A DNA stretch of 64,000 nt from Octopus vulgaris (lineage: Eukaryota). Shown here one piece after another: positions 54,536 through 64,000 of this stretch (positions within the stretch are counted from its first letter, which is position 1; every line of letters begins with the position of its first letter). The DNA lies in the NCBI GenBank assembly GCA_951406725.2, contig OX597818.1:127410001-127474000 (forward strand), in the 5' to 3' direction. The notes under the pieces are model-generated. The model ran no database searches. It was given only the letters and a program-made list of their open reading frames with translations, and was not told the origin of the DNA. The position numbers were made by a program, and so were the translations under genes.

Positions 54536-54591
54536 ATGTTTGAAGTTTGTGCACTTTGCTCGCTATTCTATTTTCATTACACCAACTCTAT

Positions 54592-54707
54592 GCTTACAGC
54601 CATATCACCAGTTTTCATCTCATCTGATCACCAAAGCTAAGTAGTGTTGAACTTAGTTTCTCCTTAATTGGGTGACCTGTTAGGGAAACACAGATGCTGT
54701 GGTACTT
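54592..54707 (+). pseudogene. Decayed 5S rRNA copy
   Basis: GCTTACAGCCATATCACC...CTCATCTGATCACCAAAGCTAAG...TTGGGTGACC..GGGAAACAC..ATGCTGTGG is colinear with metazoan 5S (A box, C box, terminal stem). Confidence 0.7.
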
Positions 54708-55275
54708 TGGGCAGGTGTCTTACACTAGAGGCCCAGGTCAAGCAAACTGAGAGTGGATTTGGTAGATGGAAACTGAAAGAATCCCATTGTATGCATGTAT
54801 AAAAAAGTGTGTGTTTGTGTGCACCCTTATCCTGATATCATGTGATGATTTTAAATATACATCACTGTCATACAAATGATGCTGTGGGTCTCCAGTCTTC
54901 CATGAAAATCCTGTCTAGCCACAGAGAAATATTACAGGGGAGGGCTGCCAACAGGAAAGGTACCCAGCCATAGAAAATTTTCGTCCACAAACTCCATCAG
55001 ACTCATACAATCATGGAGAAGTAGACATTAAATGATGGGGATGATGAAAGGCAGTGTATTTCAACAGAAATAGAGTAACTAAATGTTTATTTGGTGACTA
55101 ACAGTATTTCTCCATCAGCAACCATCATTCTGTTTTCTTCATCCTCTGAATTAAAACTTTTGATATTGTGATATATATTTTACCTTTGCAATCAAAAATA
55201 TCCTTTCATAGATACATTGCATTTTTTCGCTCTAATAATTATATTTTTTTTTCTTTCTTTCTTTCCTCATTGTAG

Positions 55276-55314
55276 ATTGTTAACCGACTGGGTGAATCCA
55301 ATTCCATGGTATAG
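55276..55314 (+). CDS. GOLT1B: GOLT1B exon 5 (IVNRLGESNSMV*)
   Basis: Pyrimidine tract + TGTAG acceptor, TAG stop at 55312-55314. Resembles the GOLT1B C-terminus GESNNMV. Exons sum to 25+92+179+82+39=417 nt = 138 aa + stop. Confidence 0.93.
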   Translation: MVNRLGESNSMV

Positions 55315-55987
55315 TTGTTTTATATTCCCTGCAAACAGAACTTTCATTCCCTCATCTTTCCAGTCTTATGCCCTCACTCCACTACATCACCAAACATTGT
55401 GAATTTTTCAGTTTTTTGTATTCTATATTCAGTGATTGTTTTTTTTTAATTTTATTTTTACATCTGTTTTTGTAAAAAAATTTACTTTGTTTATTTTATA
55501 TTTGCATTGTTTTTATTTCTTCTAAATAATTACTGTAATAATAATTATTATCATTATTATTATTATTATTACTTTTGTTATTAGTATTTTTGTTACGATT
55601 ATTGTATTTTTGTTTCCAGTAAAGAACACAAATTCTATTTATATTTTAAATGATGTATTAATTGGTTAAAACTAAGATCTTTACATAAATTAACAAATAT
55701 GATGAGTTAGGTGTGCAAGATCAAAACAAAGATGTAGTGATAATGGTTTAAATTACTTCAAATTACAAGTTTGTCAACAGAAGAACAATCTCTAGAGAAA
55801 ACACTAATTTTCTCTCTCTCTCTTACACTTTCTTCATTCCTCTTTCCTTCTCATATCCCTTCTCTCTTCGCTCTTTTTTTTCTTCCTCTATATTCTTTAC
55901 CATCCCATTTATAAATGTATCTATATGTATAAATGTGAAAGCATCATTAACACATACATATCTACACAAAATTAACGCACACACACA

Positions 55988-56020
<33 letters not shown>

Positions 56021-57199
56021 ATAAGAACTTGCAAAATTATTTATTATTAATTCAACAAGATATTAAGATTCCTAAACAGAAGGGTGACAACAGTTATTAC
56101 CTTTCTATCCAGGAATTGTTAATATATTCCTGAATCAATAATAATAATAATAATAATAATAATAGATATATATGTGTGCATAATCTGTTTTATATTCTCT
56201 GCAAACAGAACTTTCATTCCCTCATATAAAATCAAAAGAAAAATATTTAAAGCAAAAAGAGCTATGGGCTGATTCTATAGATTTTTATCTGTTCTCTTTC
56301 TAATAGTTAAGCTTTTTTTTTTGCTCTATTAAGGTGCTCTAACTCTATGGCTGCTAAACTGATAAATACCAGCACCCACTCTCACACACACACATACCCC
56401 AGGTCCAAAAATTGTTAATGAAATATTTTTGCCCAACCCATCTTTATTCATGAGCAAACAAACTGAAGTTTGCATCCATGCATCTCTTCTCTCTTCACCA
56501 TCATGTTGGACAAGTTTAAAGCTTTAAAGATCATTTTTAAGTTTATTAAATATGGCAACTGTTTGTACTTTTCCCTTTCGATCCCCATAACCCCCAACTC
56601 TTGTGGAATTCTACTCTAAATGGTGGGACAAAATGTACAGTTTCAAAACTGCACTTCTCCAACTCAGTTTGTAAATGCCTAATAACTCCAGAGGACCAAC
56701 ACACTTTTAACTCTCCTTCAGTCAAGATGTCTGATGAATTTCTTTGTGTTAATTTTCTTATATATATAACATCACTGCCTCTTTACTCTTTCTCTCTGTC
56801 CCCCATTTACTCTTCTACTTGCTTTTCTTTCCACCGTCTTATAGAAATATATTCATTTATTTATTTGAAGCTGTCACTATTCCACCTTACCTACTACTAT
56901 ATATGATGTTTATTGGGCTGAAGGATATGTTTAAAGAATGAACTAAGTTAGTGTGTCACAAAAAGAAAAGATATCTAATGTTTCCTTATTTCCTCTGGAG
57001 AAAGTTATTGGATTTTATTTCCTGACAAAATCTTATATTTGCCTCACTTGCTGTATGTCTTAAGTACTCTTTATTTCTTCATTGTACACACACATACATA
57101 GATTCTTCCACTAAATTCTCTAGATGTTAGACCTACATTTTTTTCAATCCTTATTGGAACCTATCCACACTGTTATTCATAACTGTCCTACTGTTCAGT

Positions 57200-57586
57200 G
57201 TGGAGGCGCAATGGCCCAGTGGTTAGGGCAGTGGACTCGCAGTCGGAGGATCGCCGTTTTGATTCCCAGACCGGGCGTTGTGAGTGTTTATTGAGTGAAA
57301 ACACCTAAAAGCTCCACGAGGCTCCGGCAGGGGATGGTGGTGATCCCTGCTGTACTCTTTCACCACAACTTTCTCTCACTCTTACTTCCTGTTTCTGTTG
57401 TACCTGTATTTCAAAGGGCCGGCCTTGTCACTCTCTGTGTCATGCTGAATATCCCTGAGAACTACGTTAAGGGTACACGTGTCTGTGGAGTGCTCAGCCA
57501 CTTACACGTTAATTTCACGAGCAGGCTGTTCCGTTGATTCGGATCAACCGGAACCCTCGTCGTCATAACCGATGGAGTGCTTCCAC
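57200..57586 (+). mobile_element. tRNA-derived SINE family A (~385 bp); other copies 13463-13808+, 19328-19713-, 20640-21005-, 47634-48022-
   Basis: A box TGGCCCAGTGG and B-box-like GTTTCGATTCC; shared body ending GGAGTGCTTCCA; TSDs visible at several copies. Confidence 0.85.
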
Positions 57587-60349
57587 ATTTCTTCATTGTA
57601 CACACACACACATACATAGATTTTTCCACTAAATTCTCTAGATGTTAGACCTACATTTGTTTTCAATCCTTATTGAAACCTATCCACACTGTTACTCATA
57701 ACTGTCCTACTGTTCAGTATGGACAACAAGACTGATCAAAAGCTCTGTTGGCAGCAGCCTTTAATGGCAGTTGATATCGAATCTATTACTTTACACTGTC
57801 GCATGACAATTTGGTTAACCAACTTGATGTCACACACCTACTCAAACAGAACTAATTGTAATTACCAGAAACCAGTAACGGTAATGGCAACTTATACTTA
57901 CCCTGTATTTAATATATGATTGCCAAGATACGGAAAAAGAAAACAATCCCTTAGTCCTGCATAAGTTATGAATTTATGCATAGCTTCAGGGAAAATTTTG
58001 AACTGAGACTATCATCTTAGGTGGTTTCCTTGTGCTGCAAGTTTGTTTTTTGAATACAGATTGGTCTGCATCGCTCTTTGCAGGGGCAGGTAACTCTGCT
58101 TGTCTCACAAACTCAACTCTTATTTCATGTTTGAGTGGTTTGCAGTAAGAAGGGCTTCCAACTAAAAGCTTTCCATTAAAAATATGAAAAGAGTAAAAAC
58201 AAATGTAAAATTAAAATCTCTTGATCAATCTAGTCTTGCACACTTCTCATGGCGCCACCAGTAAGTTTTTGCTTTATTTTCTGATGTAATTTAAAGAAGA
58301 CTTTTATAAGTGAGAGTTATCAACCATCTCTGACAATCAGCTAACAAAATAATACAATAATGACTGTGCTACGTCCATGGTTATCATTACTTAGGCCATG
58401 TATCTATTCACTTAATAAATGCCAATGTTCAACTGTTTGTCTGTCCTGGAAGGTAAAAAAAAAAAGCAACTTGATCATGCAGGTGCAACTTCACTTGTAA
58501 CAAGCAGCAGATGGCAACAAAGGGAAAAATTCAAGTAACTATTGATTGAAATAAGTGCAAACTTGCTATAGTCTACAGTCTATAGTTCTGCTAATATATT
58601 TCCTCAGTGAATAACAATTGAGTGACACTGTTTAGTACTGTATTTATGACCCACTTCAAGACTTTTGAGTCAGCTGAGGAGTTGCTGGCTCTTATATCAC
58701 TCTATTGTGCTGTAAACAGATTGTTTTGCACTGAACATTTGCAAGTTGGAGAGCAAACAAAGGTTATACAATAGAATTTTTTTTACATTTCTGTATTTTT
58801 TTAGGACTGAAGCCAGTGCCAAAGACCCTTTTGCAGGGGACATCCAAGGCTGATAGTGGGAGAGAAAAGTATCCTCTAGCCAAAGGCTGGGCACAAATGC
58901 TTGCAGTAAAGTGAATTCCACTAAAGGCACCCAAGATACAATGTGATGATGTTACACCAGGCAACAGATTTTAATCTATCACCCATTTGTAGGGCATGAT
59001 GGGATCTGAACTCAGAGTAGCAAAGAACCAGAAAAGCTATCACATGGCATCTGATCTGATGTTCTTAGAATTCTACATCTCTGGGTTTCAGTCGCTGGTC
59101 TGTGGCCATGCTAAGATACCTCTTTGAAGAGTTTTAGTCGAATGAATTGACACCCCACCCCCACACTTATTTGTGAGCTTGGTACTTATTTGATCAGTCT
59201 CTTGTGAAACTGGGGATGTAAACAAAGCAACCTCAATTGTCAAGCAGTGGTGGGAGACAAACACACTGACATGTACGCATGCCTATATGTGCACATGCAC
59301 ACACACACACACATACAACAGGCTTCTTTCAGTTTCTGCCCACTAAATCTGCTTAAAGGCTTTGATCCGGTCAGGGCTAGAGTAGAGGACACTTGCCCAA
59401 GGCATCATGCACTGAGACCCAGAATCATGTGGTTTTGTATCAAACTTAAATGGCTGGAAAAAAAAAAGTTGACTTCAGCAGGATCTGAACTCAGAGAGTC
59501 AACAAATACCACAAGGCATTGTATTCATTGTTCTTCCAACTCTGCCAATTTGCAATGTACTTGATAGGAATATGACTTCCAAAAACAGCAGAACTCCAAC
59601 GAATATCACTTGTAAGTAGCATAACAAATTTGTAGAATATATATTTTGGTACGTGGTACACACTATAATGATAATTGTTATTTTCTGGCACTGATATAAA
59701 GCTACAAATTGTAAGAAAAGAAGTGTGATCAACTGGATCAATCTCAGTTCAATTCTAGTCATTCATTTATTTAAAGGTTAAAGGCAAAGTTAACATTGAT
59801 AAAATTTGAACTTACACCAACAAAGCTTAAAGATATCCTGAACTCAACCATTTTTGTTAATAATAGTAATAAGGATTTTTAACTCTGCCATAAGCGATAT
59901 ACCTGAGATATGGATGGGGTTATGGCTTGTGTTGGTTGGCCACATGCCTCTTGGTCACAGTGGATAAGGAAGTATCTTGCAGAGATGGGAGCTGACTGGG
60001 ACACTGCTTAAAGGGTTGCATGAGATGACCTGAGCAGATGCTAACAAATAGTGGATGCAGTGTTGTACTGCAGAGGCACAGGCTCCTATACCTGATCTGG
60101 CCTGGCTTGAATATACTTGTCTCAATTATACCAACTCTCTCTCTCTCACTTGTATATCTGTGGTCTTGTACCATGCTTATGTTACTTTGTTTCAAACATT
60201 AGCAATCATTACGGAGATGTACTTGCATAGCAAGTGATTTGATCTGAGATCGTCTGCTGAAATGAAAACAATTGCAGCGTGGAAGGTGTTTGTAAGCCAT
60301 TTAAGAAACACACAAAAGCCGTTTGATTCACTTCAACATTTAAGTTTAA

Positions 60350-60400
60350 TTTGTCAAAATATTTTCGTCGCTTTAAGACCGCGACCTGTTCACTGACAAA
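60350..60400 (-). ncRNA. Hammerhead variant with swapped G3-C8 pair
   Basis: UUUGUCA-GUGAACA-G-GUCGC ggucuuaaa GCGAC-GAAA-AUA-UUU-UGACAAA: 7-bp stem I, 5-bp stem II, palindromic AAAUAUUU. Confidence 0.6.
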
Positions 60401-61666
60401 AATCCATGTTCTGCCATTTGTTAAACTGAAAGAAGCTTAACTGTCACTTGCATTAGTTATTTGGACATTTATGTAGTTCCAAGTAGACACAGATCCTCTC
60501 AGCTCTCTTACTTTGGGCACCAAGGAACAGTGAGGTATGGCAGATGGAGGAAAGAAATGGTAGCACCAGCAGACAGCAAGTACTTTACTTTCTACTAGAG
60601 TAGATCGGCAGAGCAATGTGAAATGATGTGTCTTGCTGAAGGACACACCATGCTGACTGGTCCAGGAATTGAACTTCTGGCCATATGACCAATGCCCTAA
60701 CCACTAGGTCATGTGTCTTTACAAATTGATAGACAGTCTCAAAATGCATTTGAACCCAGAATGTCAAGAGCTGGAATAAATGCTGCAAGTCATTTCATCT
60801 GACAAATAATTCTGCCAGTCTACCAACCTCAGTTGTAATTCCTTGTGCAGAATACTTTATTTTATTTGTTTATTTTTTTATTATTATATAATTAATTAAC
60901 TTGTCTCCAGTCCCAAGAGAAAACCCTTGACAACACAGTTTATAACATCATAATCATTTACATGGAAACAATGATGCTCAGAACCCAAATTATAGAGCAT
61001 GTGTGTATGAGAGAAGGAGAGAGAAAGAACAAGAGGAGGTTTGTTCCTCCTGTTGGTGCTGAATGAAAAGCCTGCTTATATTGAGCTTGCATATTCATTA
61101 TTTATAATAGACAATGTATGTACAATGCCTACTGTCCTTTAGGAGGTGTGCCCAGTACTGGTATATATATTTCTTTATTACCCATAAGGGGCTAAACACA
61201 GAGGGACAAACAAGGACAGACAAATGGATCAAGTCGATTACATCGACCCCAGTGCGTAACTGGTACTTAATTTATCGACCCCGAAAGGATGAAAGGCAAA
61301 GTCGACCTCGGCAGAATTTGAACTCAGAACATAATGGTAGATGAAATACGGCTACGCATTTCACCTGGCGTGCTAACGTTTCTGCCAGCTCGCCGCCTTC
61401 AATACTGGTATATATGTTTCCACAAGTCCCATGTATATCATCGTTTCTACTATAGGCACAAGGCCTCAAATTTGGGGAGGAGGGAGCTAGTGATTTACTT
61501 CAACCCCCAGTGCTTGACTAGTACTTCAACCCCAAAAGAATGAAAGGCAAGGTCAACCTTGGTGGTACTTCAACTTGGAATGTAAAGACAAACAAAATAT
61601 CATTTAGCATTTTGTTTCATTTGCTAATGGTTCTGCCAGCTTGCCACCTTACAAGCCACCCCAACC

Positions 61667-61723
<57 letters not shown>

Positions 61724-62169
61724 TAAATGAAATAAAACATATGCATATATATAAACATATATGTACGTACCTACCTCTACATGTACATATACACGCATAT
61801 ATGAGTACAGGACACCAAAGGGACGTCGAACACAAAGAGAAACGAAAACATAGACACAAACCAAAGGAACTGGACATTTTTTTAAAACAACAAAAAATGG
61901 AGTACAGGACAATTAACACAAAGAAAAAACCCCTTCTTCGGTAGCTATGGTTTCATCTACTCTACGTTTCGAAGGATAAAAGCGAGACGTATCTTCGACA
62001 AGAAACTTTCCTTCCTGCGAAAAGCAAATCAATTAAAATTCTGAGATCTTTTCGCAGAGGGGTAAAAAATGGTAAAAAAACAGGACAGTAACGACAGTAC
62101 AAAATATAAACAGTAAAAGACAGGACAGGGAAAAACAAGATAAGAAGGGCTGTTCAGAGTAAGCACAGA

Positions 62170-62283
62170 TGGGAAGAATAGTACTCAAATACTGGAAGTA
62201 GAGTAAACCAAAACTGTGATGAATGGGAAAGTGAAACTCTGATTAACAGTTTTAGTGGTGTCTTTGCAGCTTTATTAATAAAG
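62170..62283. mobile_element. Decayed third copy of the 3197 family (hammerhead remnant + 62210-62253)
   Basis: AAAACUGU-GAUGA-AUGGGAAAGU-GAAA-CUCUGAUUA-ACAGUUUU, then AATAAA and (TA)n. Left part is inverted. Confidence 0.5.
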
Positions 62284-64000
62284 TATATATATATATTTCT
62301 TTACTACCCACAAGGGGCTAAACACAGAGTGGACAAACAAGGACAGACAAACGGGTTAAGTCGATTACATTGACCCCAGTGTGTAACTGGTACTTAATTT
62401 ATCGACCCCTAAAGGGTGAAAGGCAAAGTCGACCTCGGCGGAATTTGAACCCAGAACGTAACGGCAGATGAAATACGGCTACGCATTTTGCCCAGCGTGC
62501 TAACATTTCTGCCAGCTCGCCTTATATATATATATATATATAATGGATACTTGTATCATGGCCCTGGTCACGATAACTAAAAGATACTATAAGAACTATT
62601 TATTACCAATAAGAGAGCACAATATGCCTGAGCACTAAAGTCCAACAAATCATGCTTCTATACTCTTAAGTTTAATCAGAGTGGTTTTAATACATCCTCA
62701 ACACTAAACTTCTTGTTTCCTTTTTTTTTTCTAGCCACCTTCTATTTCCCTCCTTTCTCTTTCTTCTGCTCATCTTTTCTTCCACCTCCTTCCTTGCTCT
62801 CCCCTTTAATGTTCAGTTTTTCTTTCTTTTTCACCTCCTCTTTTTTCTTCCTATTCTCTCTCTTCCATTTTACATCTTTGTTTCTGTTTTTATCTCTTTT
62901 CCTTCCTCTTCATTCTCCACCATACACTGTCTTTCCCAACATACATCCCCTTACTATGCATCTACTACACTGTCCTCTCTCTCTCTCTCTCCTGTATTAC
63001 TCATTTCTTCTGTGGAATGGTCAGTTATTTTTTTTCTTCAGATTTTTAGTATTTTTTTTGGGGGGGGTATTCTTATTGTTCTTTTGCTCTTCGGCTGACT
63101 TCTGTGATGACATGTAAATTCTGTGTGTGTGAAGAGAGAAGAAAGATTATAAGTAAAAGAATAAGTAATTTAAAAAATCCTAAAGGGATGCCCCAGCATG
63201 ACCACAGCCCACTAGCTGGCAGACTCTTCACAGAATTGGATTTATGGGATTAAACTGAAGTAGAGTCAAATAAATATATAAAGAGACCGAGAAAGTGAGA
63301 GTGATGACAGTGAATCATAACTGACCTAGACGTTGACCTATTAGCCACAGAAAAGGTCAGTTGCCCATGTTGTATCACTGGTACTGCATCAACATTGTGT
63401 TCACCATGTTACAGAAACATTTAACTCTGAATGTGGTCCCTGAGTCCAGTTCACTGTAAATACAAGTACATTGGGAGGTGGAGAGAAATGGAAACTTAAA
63501 AGCAGTGTCATTAATTTGTGGTGCTATGTTTGAATCCTGCCAGAGGCTGGACTGCATCTGTACCATGTACCTCACGTGAGTTTGAACCTGGTTAAGGATG
63601 ATGAAATCTCCAGTGTTGGTTGCTAATATGATGAGATCTTGAGAGATGGCCCTCAAGTTTTTTAGATTGGCCTCTAATGTAATATAAGATCTCCAATGAT
63701 ACCCTCCCCCACAATGTAATTCAAGGTTTTTATTTTACACTATCCATACAACAGAGGCATACAAGCATCTTTTTATCTATAGCTATGAAATCCCATATGG
63801 ACAGTTAAAAGATGCATGTGAGGTTCTTTTCTCTCAGATTTGACAACATAGCAAGTAGAACACATATAAGCATCTTTGGGATATTACAGCTGCCTGTGAG
63901 CGATGCATATATGGCCCACTAGGATTTCATAGCTATAGATAAGAGATACCAATGTGCATCTATAGTATGGATATTGTTAAAGAAATTGTACAAGAAAAAA

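Overview
AT-rich, repeat-saturated eukaryotic DNA, most likely an octopus/coleoid cephalopod (inferred from the tRNA-SINE families and abundant (TA)n/(CATA)n/(CA)n tracts). One gene is firmly supported: a 5-exon, 138-aa Got1/GOLT1B vesicle-transport gene on + (CDS 32616-55314, all GT-AG, phases consistent). A weaker candidate is a divergent minus-strand transcript (promoter-like motifs ~22300, a candidate exon at 22140-22191, a donor at 31708). The rest is mobile DNA: four tRNA-SINE families with swapped modules, Tc1/mariner fossils (one with DD36E spacing), hAT and piggyBac-type MITEs, non-autonomous Helitrons, CR1 and RTE 3' ends and a decayed 5S copy. The main hidden signal is more than 10 minimal type I hammerhead-ribozyme motifs in several unrelated short repeats at (TA)n tracts. 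They show covariation of the catalytic 3-8 pair (C-G, U-A, G-C) and often sit in fold-backs whose apex lies at the ribozyme 5' edge, consistent with Penelope-like elements. Nearly all ORF-track ORFs are microsatellite or SINE artefacts. All calls were made by eye; repeat boundaries are approximate.
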